Shown here in pieces: positions 30,492 through 40,674 of a stretch of DNA of 64,000 nt. Origin of the DNA: a bacterium (lineage in GTDB: Bacteria > Fidelibacterota > UBA2242); the NCBI GenBank assembly GCA_018824205.1, contig JAHJGX010000058.1:54366-118365 (forward strand), given 5' to 3'. Made by a program: the position numbers and the translations under genes. The notes beneath the pieces were generated by a model. That model made no database searches. It was given only the letters and a program-made list of their open reading frames with translations, and was not told where the DNA came from. Positions within the stretch are counted from its first letter, which is position 1. Each line of letters begins with the position of its first letter.

Positions 30492-31094
30492 GTGATTACT
30501 TATCTCGATGGTATCGTCACCCATAAAGAGCCCACCCGGGTCTGGCTGGACCTGAACGGTGTGGGCTATGAACTCTTGATTCCCCTGTCCACCTATGAAC
30601 GCCTGCCCCGGCTGAAGGAACGGGTCAAACTGCTGACCCATTTTCACGTCCGGGAGGATGCCCAAACCCTCTACGGATTTTATAGTTCCGACGAGAAGGA
30701 ACTGTTCCTGAAACTGATTGCCATCTCCGGGATTGGTCCCAAAATGGCCATCACCATTCTCAGCGGCGCCAGCCCGGCCCAGTTTAAGAGCCGGATCGTG
30801 GCCGGGGACGTCAAGGCCCTGACCCTGATTCCCGGCATCGGTCAGAAAACCGCCCAGCGGATTATCGTGGAATTGCGGGAGAAATTCAGCGGGGCTGATG
30901 AGCCGCTTCCCGATGGATTTGACGCCCTGTTCAGCGGCAGTATCAGTGATGAGGCCCTGAAGGCCCTGAAGGCCCTGTTGTCCCTGGGCTACCGGCGGGC
31001 TGAGGCCTTGAATGCACTCAAGAAAGCCTCTCAGGAACTGGGTACTGACACCTCGGTGGAAGCGATCCTGAAGAGCGCCCTGAATAATATGTAA
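30492..31094 (+). CDS. ruvA: Holliday junction branch migration protein RuvA
   Basis: Domain I OB fold, HhH motifs (GIGPKMA / GIGQKTAQRI) and a C-terminal domain III. GTG start. Confidence 0.9.
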   Translation: MITYLDGIVTHKEPTRVWLDLNGVGYELLIPLSTYERLPRLKERVKLLTHFHVREDAQTLYGFYSSDEKELFLKLIAISGIGPKMAITILSGASPAQFKSRIVAGDVKALTLIPGIGQKTAQRIIVELREKFSGADEPLPDGFDALFSGSISDEALKALKALLSLGYRRAEALNALKKASQELGTDTSVEAILKSALNNM

Positions 31095-31107
31095 GCGAGG
31101 ATATTTG

Positions 31108-32202
31108 ATGGAAACTGACAAGCAAACGCCTTTTTATCAGCAGCATCTGGCCCTGGGGGCCAGGATCCTGCCCTTCGCGGGCTATCTCATGCCGATCCAA
31201 TACAGCGGCATCATGGATGAACACCGGGCCGTGCGGAATACCGTGGGGGTTTTCGATGTGACCCACATGGGTGAATTCGTGGTCAAAGGCCCCGACGCCG
31301 AGGCCTTTTTAAACCGGCTGACTGTGAACGATGTGACGGCTCTGGACATTGGCCAGGTACAGTATTCGGCCATGTGCTATCCCGACGGCGGGATTGTGGA
31401 CGACCTGCTGGTTTACCGCTTTAAGGATCACTATATGATGGTGGTCAACGCCTCCAACATTGATAAAGATTATGCCTGGGCGAAGGAAAACCTTCTAAAA
31501 GGTGTGGAACTGCGCAATATTTCCGAAAAGACGGCGCTTCTGGCCATCCAGGGGCCCGATAGTTTTGCCGTGCTCCAGAAACTGACCGAGCTGGCCCTGC
31601 ACAATATCCCCTTTTATCATTTTGTTGAAGGGGAACTGGCGGGTTTTCCGATGCTGATTTCCCGCACCGGCTATACCGGTGAACGGGGCTTTGAACTTTA
31701 TCACGATCCGGCCCACAGTGTCCGGCTCTGGGACGCCCTGTTTACGGCGGGTCGGGATTACGATATTCAGGCCGTGGGCCTGGGGGCCCGGGACACTCTG
31801 CGACTGGAGATGAAATACTGCCTTTACGGCAACGATATCGACCAGACCACCAATCCCCTGGAAGCGGGACTGAGCTGGATCACCAAACTGAACAGTGGCG
31901 ATTTTATCGGCCGGGATGTGCTCCTGAAGATCAAGGAAAACGGACCGGAGCGCCGGCTCATCGCCTTTGAGATGAAGGATAAAGGCATTCCCCGTCATGG
32001 CTATCGGATTTTCGCCGGTGACAGCGAGGTCGGCGTCGTGACCAGCGGGACCCAGTCACCCAGCCTGAACATCGGGATCGGTTTGGGCTATGTCCGGAGT
32101 GAATTCAGCCGCCTCGGTGCGGAACTGCTGATCGACGTCCGGAGTAAAAAACTGAAAGCAGAACTGGTCAAACCACCCTTTGTTGAGGCACGAACGGTAT
32201 GA
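31108..32202 (+). CDS. gcvT: glycine cleavage system aminomethyltransferase GcvT
   Basis: Conserved T-protein motifs (TPLYQQHLALGARI, VGVFDVSHMG-like). Confidence 0.9.
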   Translation: METDKQTPFYQQHLALGARILPFAGYLMPIQYSGIMDEHRAVRNTVGVFDVTHMGEFVVKGPDAEAFLNRLTVNDVTALDIGQVQYSAMCYPDGGIVDDLLVYRFKDHYMMVVNASNIDKDYAWAKENLLKGVELRNISEKTALLAIQGPDSFAVLQKLTELALHNIPFYHFVEGELAGFPMLISRTGYTGERGFELYHDPAHSVRLWDALFTAGRDYDIQAVGLGARDTLRLEMKYCLYGNDIDQTTNPLEAGLSWITKLNSGDFIGRDVLLKIKENGPERRLIAFEMKDKGIPRHGYRIFAGDSEVGVVTSGTQSPSLNIGIGLGYVRSEFSRLGAELLIDVRSKKLKAELVKPPFVEARTV

Positions 32203-34502
32203 GTATGAAACGGCAGGAAATCACCGGTCTCTTATTGATCGGCCTGGGAATTTTGGTATTCCTGAGCCTGATCTCCTACAACTCCCTGGAAGAACCGACA
32301 ATCTCAAAGAATGTGGTCATCGGCAACTGGATGGGCATTCTGGGGGTGTTTATTGCCCATTACCTGATCAAGTATACCATCGGTGCGGCGGCTTTTGTGC
32401 TGCCCGTGCTGCTGGTCCTCTGGGGTTGGTGGATGTTTGCCCGGCGAAATTTTAAAGTCCTGATCCGGTTTACAATTTATGTCCTTCTGCTGGCCCTGCT
32501 GGCCGCCGTAGCCCTGGCCCTGCCGGCGGTAAAAGCGCGGATTGTCGGCGCCATGGGCTTTCGCTACAGCGGGCTGATCGGCGGCATGATCGCCAAAACC
32601 ACTGTGGATTTTATGGGTCTGTACGGGGCCATTGTCTTTCTGAGCGTCCTGGCCCTGGTGACGATCCGGGCCTATTTTTCCTGGAGTTTTTACGGACCCT
32701 TTGATTACCTGCTAAATCTTCGCAAAGGGCGCAACGCGAAGCGACCGGCCGAAAAAGCCGCCGCAAAGGCTGCCAAAAAGGCCCTGAAGGAAAAAAGAAA
32801 AAAAATAACCTTGCCCAAAGTGCCGGAAAAACCGCTGCAGAGCGGCGAACCCAAACGGGAAATTACGATTGCACAGGAGGATCTGGACCGGCCTATAGAA
32901 CCCCCCAAACCAAAACCCGCCCCCGGGAAGGCTCTGCTGGATACCGAAGAGGCGCCGGTTTTTACGGTGGCTAAAGCGGTGGGTGACAAAGACATTGAAC
33001 ATGTGGACAGCCTGCAGGAAAAAGCCGCCCGCCGGGATTATATCCTGCCCTCCCTGGATTTTCTGGATTTTCCGGAAGAGACCGACCACGAGGTCAGTAA
33101 AGAGGAGATGATCAGCAACGCCAAACTTCTGGAGGAATCCCTGGAGACCTTTGGCGTCAAGGGGCATGTGGTGCATGTTTCACCGGGTCCGGTGATTACC
33201 CGCTATGAAATTGAACCGGCCTCGGGCGTGCGGGTCAGCCGCATCGCCGGCTTGGCCGACGACCTGGCCCGGGTGCTGAAAGCCAAACGCATCCGCATCG
33301 TGGCGCCGATTCCCGGAAAATCCGTGGTGGGGGTGGAGATTCCCAACCGGCATCCCGCTATCGTTTACCTGCGCAGCATCGTGGGCTCCCGGCTCTTTGC
33401 CGAGTCCGAGTCCATCCTGACCATTGCCCTGGGCAAGACCACCTCCGGTGACGTCAGTGTCCTGGACCTGGCCAAAATGCCCCACCTGCTGATTGCTGGC
33501 GCGACGGGTTCCGGCAAGAGTGTCTGCATCAATACCATTATTACTTCGATACTCTACCGGGCCAAGCCTCATGAGGTCAAATTTGTCCTGATCGATCCCA
33601 AGAAACTGGAACTCTCGGCCTACCGGGCCCTGGAAAAATATCACCTGATTACCTCTGAAGATCTGGACGAGTACGTGATTACCCGGCCCGACAACGCCAT
33701 CGTGGCCCTGCGGTCCGTGGAAGCCGAGATGGAACGCCGCTACGATATTCTGGCCGGGGCCACGGTTCGCAACATTGCGGAATACAATCTAAAAGTGGAA
33801 AAGGGCCAGCTGGATCAGGAACACCTGCCCTATATTGTCGTTATTATCGACGAATTGGCCGACCTGATGATGACCTCCGCCAAAGAGGTGGAAGAGCCGA
33901 TTACCCGTTTGGCGCAGATGTCCCGGGCAGTGGGCATTCACCTGATCATTGCCACTCAGCGTCCCTCGGTGGATGTGATTACCGGGGTGATCAAGGCCAA
34001 TTTCCCGGCCCGGATCGCCTTTCAGGTGGCCTCTAAGGTGGATTCCCGTACTATCCTGGACCTCAACGGTGCGGAAAAACTGCTGGGGCGAGGTGATATG
34101 CTGATTACCACACCCCAGACACCCGAAACCACCCGTCTGCACAGCGCCTACATTTCCCTGGAGGAGCTGGAGAAGATTCTGGGCCATATCCAGAAACAGC
34201 CCAAATCCGGGGAGCTGGAACTGCCCTCGGTCCAGGAGCAGAACAGCGAGGATTTTGGCGCTGCCAGCAACGGTGAACGGGATGCCCTGTTCTATGAGGC
34301 GCTACGCCTCGTTGTGACCCATCAGCAGGGCTCCATTTCCCTGCTGCAGCGGCGCCTGCGGATCGGTTATTCCCGGGCGGCCCGGCTGATCGATGAACTG
34401 GAAGCTGCGGGCATTGTGGGGTCCTTTACCGGCAGCAAGGCCCGGGATGTGTTGGTTGACGAGACCTATCTTGAGGATATCGACACCAGTCAGTTTGATT
34501 GA
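32199..34502 (+). CDS. ftsK: DNA translocase FtsK
   Basis: N-terminal 4-TM domain, basic/proline linker, FtsK alpha/beta motor (GATGSGKSV Walker A) and a C-terminal gamma (winged-helix) domain. Confidence 0.9.
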   Translation: MSMKRQEITGLLLIGLGILVFLSLISYNSLEEPTISKNVVIGNWMGILGVFIAHYLIKYTIGAAAFVLPVLLVLWGWWMFARRNFKVLIRFTIYVLLLALLAAVALALPAVKARIVGAMGFRYSGLIGGMIAKTTVDFMGLYGAIVFLSVLALVTIRAYFSWSFYGPFDYLLNLRKGRNAKRPAEKAAAKAAKKALKEKRKKITLPKVPEKPLQSGEPKREITIAQEDLDRPIEPPKPKPAPGKALLDTEEAPVFTVAKAVGDKDIEHVDSLQEKAARRDYILPSLDFLDFPEETDHEVSKEEMISNAKLLEESLETFGVKGHVVHVSPGPVITRYEIEPASGVRVSRIAGLADDLARVLKAKRIRIVAPIPGKSVVGVEIPNRHPAIVYLRSIVGSRLFAESESILTIALGKTTSGDVSVLDLAKMPHLLIAGATGSGKSVCINTIITSILYRAKPHEVKFVLIDPKKLELSAYRALEKYHLITSEDLDEYVITRPDNAIVALRSVEAEMERRYDILAGATVRNIAEYNLKVEKGQLDQEHLPYIVVIIDELADLMMTSAKEVEEPITRLAQMSRAVGIHLIIATQRPSVDVITGVIKANFPARIAFQVASKVDSRTILDLNGAEKLLGRGDMLITTPQTPETTRLHSAYISLEELEKILGHIQKQPKSGELELPSVQEQNSEDFGAASNGERDALFYEALRLVVTHQQGSISLLQRRLRIGYSRAARLIDELEAAGIVGSFTGSKARDVLVDETYLEDIDTSQFD

Positions 34503-34575
34503 AGTATCCGCCCACGAATCGTGAGCAAGATCACAAGGATAGACAGACAGAGAACGTAATTTAATCGACTAATTT

Positions 34576-35232
34576 ATGATGATGAAAAATCGCAGCCTTA
34601 CACTTGTCCTGACCCTGTTCCTGGGTATGTTATTACCGCCCCGTCAGCTGCCCTCCCAGGAGGGGCAGCCGCTGCTGGACCGGATGTCGGCCCGTTATCG
34701 GGCCCAGACCCCCTGTGTCCTGAGTTTTGAAATTGTCCAGTATTACGACCGCAATGCCGAGGACTATCAGTCGTCGGTGGGGAGTTTTTACATCGCCGGC
34801 GCTGAGCAATTCCGGGTTGATTTCATCGGTCAGGAGATCATTTATGACGGCCAGTGGCTCTGGAGTTACGACAAACAGAACCACCAGGTCATTATCGAAG
34901 TCCTGGATCCCCAGTCCAGCCTGAAGTTTATTTTTGACATGCTCTTTGGCAACTGGGCCAATTTCCGGGTGGTCTCCGTGGAGGCCCCCAAGCGGGGTGA
35001 AACCAGATCCCTGGGCTTGAAGACCCGGGACGACAACGACTATTTTAATGCGATATTTTTAAAGATCGGCCGGGAGTCCGGACTGCTGCAATCGGCCACC
35101 TATCTGGATTTTAACAACCTGAAAACCGTGATCCAGTTCAGTACTCCCAAAGGAATCCAGGCAGCAGTAGCGGAGATTCTTTTTGATACTAAACGGCTGG
35201 AAGCCAAAGAACTGATTGATTTACGCCCATGA
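34576..35232 (+). CDS. LolA-like outer-membrane lipoprotein carrier family protein
   Basis: Signal peptide plus LolA-like features (..RYRAQ...FEIVQY...). Confidence 0.55.
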   Translation: MMMKNRSLTLVLTLFLGMLLPPRQLPSQEGQPLLDRMSARYRAQTPCVLSFEIVQYYDRNAEDYQSSVGSFYIAGAEQFRVDFIGQEIIYDGQWLWSYDKQNHQVIIEVLDPQSSLKFIFDMLFGNWANFRVVSVEAPKRGETRSLGLKTRDDNDYFNAIFLKIGRESGLLQSATYLDFNNLKTVIQFSTPKGIQAAVAEILFDTKRLEAKELIDLRP

Positions 35233-36254
35233 CCGCGACAGCCACCCCAAAACGCCGCTTTCTGAATATAAAAACCCTCCTGGGAATTGCCGTCAGTCTG
35301 CTGGGGCTCTGGCTGGGCTTCCGCAAATTTGACGCAGTAGAGTTCATGTTATCACTGAAAGAAACCAATGTGACGCTATTTCTGCTGGCCATGCTGGTCA
35401 TGGTCTTTCAGATATTTCTGCGGGCCATTCGCTGGCGCTACCTGATTTTGCCCCTGAAACCGGCTCCCCTGAGCGCTGTCTTCGGGGCCCAGATGGTCTG
35501 CTATTTCGGCAACCATGTGTTCCCCCTGCGCTTTGGCGAGATCCTGCGCTCCTATGCCCTGAATAAAACCACCGGGATTTCCACGGTTTCCATCTTCGGT
35601 ACCGTGGTGATCGAGCGCCTGCTGGATGTGCTCTTTTTTATGGTCCTCCTGCCTATCACGATTCTGGCGTTTTTTCCCGTATGGCCGGAGTGGATGCGCT
35701 GGAGCGGGGCCGGGGCGGCGGGAGCGCTTTGTCTTTTCCTGCTGTTGCTGCTCCTGTTGCGCCACAAAGAGGCCGCCCTGAGCGGCTATTTCAGCGGCAA
35801 ACTGGCGAATAGCAACCGCTATCGGAAACTGATTCAACCGATCCGGAATTTTATAAAGGGCTTGCGCACCCTGCGCCAGACGCCCCATCTGGGCATGATC
35901 TCCCTGATGACCATGATTGTCTGGGTGATGAGCATCTTTAATGTCTGGGTGACCGGAACGGCGCTGAATGTTTTTTTCAGTTTTCAGAACCTTTTATTGC
36001 TTTTTTTCGTAACTTCTGCTATTATAGCAGTGCCTTCTGCGCCGGGATACGTGGGAACCTATCACGCCGGAGCCATCGGAATTTTGCTTTACATGGGATA
36101 TGAACTGAGTCAGGCACAGGCGATTGCGGTTATTTTACACGCCGTGGGATTTATCTCACTGACCAGCATTGGATTCGCCTATTTTATCAAATACCACATT
36201 CATGTGAAGGATACAGAAACCAAGAACGATATAAACCAAGAGTTAGGTGCATAG
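35229..36254 (+). CDS. flippase-like (UPF0104 / LPG_synthase_TM family) integral membrane protein
   Basis: 341 aa polytopic membrane protein with an LPG_synthase_TM-like organization. Overlaps the upstream stop and is translationally coupled to the downstream Wzc gene (ATGAATGG). Confidence 0.6.
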   Translation: MTATATPKRRFLNIKTLLGIAVSLLGLWLGFRKFDAVEFMLSLKETNVTLFLLAMLVMVFQIFLRAIRWRYLILPLKPAPLSAVFGAQMVCYFGNHVFPLRFGEILRSYALNKTTGISTVSIFGTVVIERLLDVLFFMVLLPITILAFFPVWPEWMRWSGAGAAGALCLFLLLLLLLRHKEAALSGYFSGKLANSNRYRKLIQPIRNFIKGLRTLRQTPHLGMISLMTMIVWVMSIFNVWVTGTALNVFFSFQNLLLLFFVTSAIIAVPSAPGYVGTYHAGAIGILLYMGYELSQAQAIAVILHAVGFISLTSIGFAYFIKYHIHVKDTETKNDINQELGA

Positions 36255-38654
36255 ATGGAAGGAATGAACGGACAGGGTCAGAGGCCGGTGGATTTTCAGG
36301 AAAACGAAGTATCCCTGCAGGACTATTTACGAATCATTTTCCGGGGCCGCTGGATCATTGGTATCTCCTTTATCCTGATTATGACGGCCACGGTCTACTA
36401 TACTTTTACGGCCGCGCCGGAGTATGAATCCTCAACTTTGCTGATGCTGGCCGGGCGTCAGGGACAGACCTCGACGCTGTTCCAGAATCCCTTCATGATG
36501 GGCAATTACATGAAGGTCAACAACGAGATCGAAGTGCTCAAGAGCGACTACCTCAGCCGCCGGGTGGTTCAGCGCATGAAACAGTCCGCCTTTGCCGACA
36601 GCCTCTATATCCTGGGTACCCGGAAGTACCAGCAGAAAGGGGTCAGTCTCACCGATGTGATGGGCGCCGCCAAGTCCGGAATCAAGCGCCTGCTCCTGGG
36701 AGCTCCGGAGGAGGAACTGGCCGTAGTTGACAGTCTGGATCGGGCGATCGTCCGGGCCATCAAGGCTTCCATGACCGTGGAACCGATCCGGGATACCGAG
36801 GCCATTCGTCTGAAAATCAGTTCCATCGATCCCTATGAAGCCGCCTTCCTGGCCAACCTGATTGCCGATGAATACCTGCGTCTCGATGAGGAGTTTAACC
36901 TGGGTGAAGTAGTGGAGATGAAGGACTTTCTGGAGGAGCAGCTGGAGGACATTGAAAAAGATTTGACCGAATCCGAGGAGGCCCTGACGGAATTTCAAAA
37001 ACGGACCGGGGTCTATGTGCTGGATGAAACGGCCCAGACCCTGATCGATCAGCTCTCCACCTTTGAAGCCATCTATTACACCTCCCTGGCGGAATTGCAG
37101 GTCTCCCGGCAGAAACTGAAAAACCAGCAGGAGATGCTCAACGAACGGGAGAAGTGGATCGTCGATGAGGCGATTAATACCACCAATCCCCTGATTACCC
37201 AGCTGCGCAATGCCATTGCTGAAATCGAAGGGGAAAAAATAACCGTCATGATCGTCCAGGGCCTGGATCCCAAACACGAAGCCATCCGGGAGATGGACAA
37301 ACGTGGTGTAGAATTGAAAGCCAGGCTTTTCAAAGAGGCCCAGAATCTGACCAATTTAGGTCTGTCGCCCCAGGAACAGTCCCAGATTTCCCTGGAGCTG
37401 CTGCGCAATGTCCTGTTCAGCACCGTTGATATTATTGCTTTAGAGAGCAAGGGCAACGAATACAAGAAGCTGGTGGACCAATACAATAGCCGCTTGAACG
37501 AGCTGCCCGAACGCAGTCTGGAATTTGCCCGGCTGGACCGGGAGCGCCAGGTCAATGAAAAGTACTACATCCTGATGAAGACTAAATACCAGGAATCCCG
37601 CATCACCGAAGCCAGCAAGATCAGCAATATCCGCATTGTAGACCCGGCGACCCCTCCGGAAAAACCGATCAAGCCCAAAAAGAAAATGAACCTGCTGCTG
37701 GGGATGTTCATGGGTATTGGTCTGGGCGTGGGAATTGCCTTTGTGAAAGAGTATATGGACCACTCGGTACGCAGCAGCGAAGATCTGGACAAGCTGGGTT
37801 TGACGACGATATCCATTGTGCCGAAGATCGATATTAAGAGTTCCATGGAAAAGACGCGACAGGCCGCCGGTAAGATGGATGAAGAGGAGTATACCCTGAA
37901 ATCCAGGATGATCTCCCACTACGATCCCAAGTCCACAGTGGCCGAGGCCTACCGGACCCTGCGCACCAATATCCAGTTTATGAACCCTGATAAACCCTTC
38001 AGCAGCCTGGTGGTCTCCAGCGCCGGTCCCGGCGACGGCAAATCCACCACCGTGGTGAACATGGCCATCACCTTTGCCAACCTGGAGAAAAAAGTGCTGC
38101 TGATCGACGCGGATTTGCGGAAACCCGTGCTGCACAAGGTCTTTGAGCTGCCCCGGGCTCCGGGCTTGACCCAGCGTCTGGTCCAGGATTTGAATGACCA
38201 GGATGTGATCCGGGAAACCGAGGTGCCAAACCTCTACCTGGTAACCTGCGGGGATCTCCCGCCGAATCCCTCAGAACTACTAGCCAGCCAAAAACTCAAG
38301 GATTTTATAGTCCGGATGAAGGAAAAGTTTGATATCGTACTGATTGACTCACCGCCGATTATCGCGGTCACCGACGCCAGTATTCTGTCCAAGATGACCG
38401 ACGCCATTCTGCTGGTGGTCAAGGCCGGTAGTACGGATCTCCGGGTGCTGCGGCGCTCCATCGATCTGCTGAAACAGGTCAATACCAACCTAATCGGCGC
38501 GGTGCTCAACGGCGTCAATATCTCCAGTGGTTACGATTCCTATTACTACTACTATCACTACTATTACTATTATGCCGATACCGGCGAGAAGAAAAAGAGC
38601 GATAAAAAAGCCCGCCGGAAAAAACCCCGGCTGATTGATAAACTGCGCGGTTAA
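36255..38654 (+). CDS. polysaccharide biosynthesis tyrosine autokinase (Wzc/BY-kinase: Wzz chain-length domain + P-loop kinase + C-terminal Tyr cluster)
   Basis: N-terminal Wzz-like periplasmic domain flanked by 2 TM helices. Cytoplasmic Walker A (SAGPGDGKST), Walker A' and B, and a C-terminal Tyr-rich tail (YDSYYYYYHYYYYY). Confidence 0.8.
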   Translation: MEGMNGQGQRPVDFQENEVSLQDYLRIIFRGRWIIGISFILIMTATVYYTFTAAPEYESSTLLMLAGRQGQTSTLFQNPFMMGNYMKVNNEIEVLKSDYLSRRVVQRMKQSAFADSLYILGTRKYQQKGVSLTDVMGAAKSGIKRLLLGAPEEELAVVDSLDRAIVRAIKASMTVEPIRDTEAIRLKISSIDPYEAAFLANLIADEYLRLDEEFNLGEVVEMKDFLEEQLEDIEKDLTESEEALTEFQKRTGVYVLDETAQTLIDQLSTFEAIYYTSLAELQVSRQKLKNQQEMLNEREKWIVDEAINTTNPLITQLRNAIAEIEGEKITVMIVQGLDPKHEAIREMDKRGVELKARLFKEAQNLTNLGLSPQEQSQISLELLRNVLFSTVDIIALESKGNEYKKLVDQYNSRLNELPERSLEFARLDRERQVNEKYYILMKTKYQESRITEASKISNIRIVDPATPPEKPIKPKKKMNLLLGMFMGIGLGVGIAFVKEYMDHSVRSSEDLDKLGLTTISIVPKIDIKSSMEKTRQAAGKMDEEEYTLKSRMISHYDPKSTVAEAYRTLRTNIQFMNPDKPFSSLVVSSAGPGDGKSTTVVNMAITFANLEKKVLLIDADLRKPVLHKVFELPRAPGLTQRLVQDLNDQDVIRETEVPNLYLVTCGDLPPNPSELLASQKLKDFIVRMKEKFDIVLIDSPPIIAVTDASILSKMTDAILLVVKAGSTDLRVLRRSIDLLKQVNTNLIGAVLNGVNISSGYDSYYYYYHYYYYYADTGEKKKSDKKARRKKPRLIDKLRG
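38532..38573 (+). repeat. poly-tyrosine coding tract (13 Tyr among 14 codons, TAY repeats) at the Wzc C-terminus
   Basis: tat/tac codon run tactactactatcactactattactattat. Confidence 0.8.
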
Positions 38655-38742
38655 TTGCCCTTGACCTGCCTGTATCCGGCGGCTGCCGGACAGACAGGGC
38701 GGGACCGCCGCAGGAACAGGTAAAACTATTAATTCCGAGACT

Positions 38743-39528
38743 ATGCTGGAATTCGATCAGATATATCACCAGGATTGCATTGCCGGGATGCCGCAGATGC
38801 TGGATAATTGCATTGACCTGATTGTCACCGATCCCCCCTTTGCCATCGATTTCAAAGCAGTGCGGGGAAACTATAATCGAAAGGCTTCCCGGGTGTTGGA
38901 GGGATACAATGAAATCACAAAAGCGGATTATTCCGGGTTTACGGTCAGTTGGCTGGAGCAGGCCTGGCGCATTCTGAAACCTACGGGCAGTATGTACGTA
39001 TTTTCCGGCTGGAACAACCTCAAGGATATTCTGGTGGCCCTGGATGAGATCGGTTTTATCACCATCAATCACATTATCTGGAAATATCAGTTCGGAGTGG
39101 TGACCCGGCGAAAATATGTCAGTTCCCACTACCATTGTCTTTACGTCTGTAAGGACGATAAACTGCGCCCCTTTTACCCCTTTTCCCGCTATCAGAAGGA
39201 TGACCGGGACAGCGCCGGCCGCAGTCAGCATTACCGTGACAAAGAGGACGTCTGGACGATCAAGCGGGAGTACTGGGCCGGTGATCAAAAAACCCCCACC
39301 AAACTGCCCCGGGAACTGATTGAGAAAATTTTGAACTATTCCAGCATCCCGGGGGATCTGGTTTGTGACCCCTTTCTCGGCTCGGGCCAGGTGGCCTTTA
39401 TCAGCCGCCTGATGCAGCGCCGCTATATCGGTTTTGAGATTAATAAAGAATACTACGATTTTGCTAAAGCCCGCCTGGACAGCGGCCAGTATCGTCTTAA
39501 AACGACCGATCAGGGAAATCCATTTTAG
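38743..39528 (+). CDS. site-specific DNA methyltransferase, beta-class N6A/N4C type (N6_N4_Mtase family)
   Basis: Catalytic motif IV DPPF near the N-terminus, and SAM-binding motif I (FLGSGQ) near the C-terminus. This is the beta-class order. 261 aa. Confidence 0.8.
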   Translation: MLEFDQIYHQDCIAGMPQMLDNCIDLIVTDPPFAIDFKAVRGNYNRKASRVLEGYNEITKADYSGFTVSWLEQAWRILKPTGSMYVFSGWNNLKDILVALDEIGFITINHIIWKYQFGVVTRRKYVSSHYHCLYVCKDDKLRPFYPFSRYQKDDRDSAGRSQHYRDKEDVWTIKREYWAGDQKTPTKLPRELIEKILNYSSIPGDLVCDPFLGSGQVAFISRLMQRRYIGFEINKEYYDFAKARLDSGQYRLKTTDQGNPF

Positions 39529-39536
39529 TTTTAACA

Positions 39537-40520
39537 ATGGCAATACTATACAGTAGCAAGTGCCGGGACCGGCGACAGATTCTGGAATCCTTTTATCCTT
39601 TCACGAAACCCGCTGTGATTGAAGGGCTGATTATCGGCAATGATCTCGACGCTCTGCTGTCGGCGGCCCTGCTGAAGCAGCGCTACGGCTGGGATGTGGT
39701 GGCGGTTTACGACTATCGGAAACTCTGGGTGGACCAAAGGATTGCTGACAATGTGATTCAAAAACTGAAAAGCGGCGTCTATCTGGCTGTGGACCTGGAT
39801 ATCTACCGCAACGCTGTCCCCAGTATCGGTCATCATATTCTGCAACTCACTGAAAAAGACCGTCTGGAACAGCACGAGCAGACCCTGAATCCCAATCTCA
39901 TTTTCGGCGTGGACTGCCGGAATTTCCGGGCCAAGTATCCCCTGGGAACCATCCATTTTCTGCGCTGGCTCTTTGAAATGGAACTGGATCGCCGGGGCGA
40001 GCTGCTCTGCTGGCTGGCGGATTCCGCCTATATCAATGCCCAGAGCCATCGCTTTCGGGAAAATGTGTCCCATTGGCTCTACGAGTTCTTTGACTGGCCC
40101 CCTTTCTGGGAAATTTTCATCCTGCTGGATTCTGCGGATTATGAGGAACTGTTGGTCCGGGAGATTGGCCGGACTCTGGACAAGATCCTGATCACACCCC
40201 GGCCGGGACAGGTCAAATCCCGGCATAAATCCCTGAACGGCTGGCAGTGCCAGTGGTCGGATCCGGGAACCCAGGGGGAACAAATCCGGCAAATATTTGC
40301 CTTTATTCACGAACTCAGCGGCTGGCGGATTCCGGAATTGCCCAAGTTCTACAGCTGTATTACAGGCCAGCGGAAACGGATTAGCGTGGCGGAACTCCTG
40401 AAAGACTACGGAAGCCTGGATGAATTCCTAAATCGCGAGCATGTTTTTTCATATGCCTTTACCCATGCGCAGCTGCTGAATTATACTCAGTTTTCATCGT
40501 CTCCGGCCGGTAAAACCTAA
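39537..40520 (+). CDS. hypothetical protein (327 aa) immediately downstream of the DNA methyltransferase. Candidate cognate restriction endonuclease or specificity partner (no recognizable motif).
   Basis: Long ORF with coding-like composition. 8 nt downstream of the MTase stop on the same strand. Confidence 0.3.
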   Translation: MAILYSSKCRDRRQILESFYPFTKPAVIEGLIIGNDLDALLSAALLKQRYGWDVVAVYDYRKLWVDQRIADNVIQKLKSGVYLAVDLDIYRNAVPSIGHHILQLTEKDRLEQHEQTLNPNLIFGVDCRNFRAKYPLGTIHFLRWLFEMELDRRGELLCWLADSAYINAQSHRFRENVSHWLYEFFDWPPFWEIFILLDSADYEELLVREIGRTLDKILITPRPGQVKSRHKSLNGWQCQWSDPGTQGEQIRQIFAFIHELSGWRIPELPKFYSCITGQRKRISVAELLKDYGSLDEFLNREHVFSYAFTHAQLLNYTQFSSSPAGKT

Positions 40521-40674
40521 AAACGTGCACTTTTTGGGGATTTCCAGTGACAATTATCACCGTGAATGATGGATTTTCGTTTATATTTAACAATGTATGA
40601 ATGGGTCTATAATCAATCGCAAGAAGAACCAAGAAAACAGACGTATATATTTAATTCCCTTGAAAGGGGGTACT

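Noticed and set aside
38655-38742. GC-rich inverted repeat after wzc (tccggcggctgccgga) as a rho-independent terminator
   Set aside because: Short 6-bp stem without a following T-tract. It cannot be supported as a terminator from sequence alone.
40597-40674. N-terminal extensions of ORF-track calls: 40597 for the first T9SS protein, 42976 for the second, 20717 for pssA, 7457 for coaBC, 52180 for the MNT gene, and 1131 for the LiaF-like gene
   Set aside because: The extensions precede clear signal peptides or conserved N-termini. They overlap upstream genes. They lack RBS-like sequence, whereas internal ATG/TTG starts have better context.
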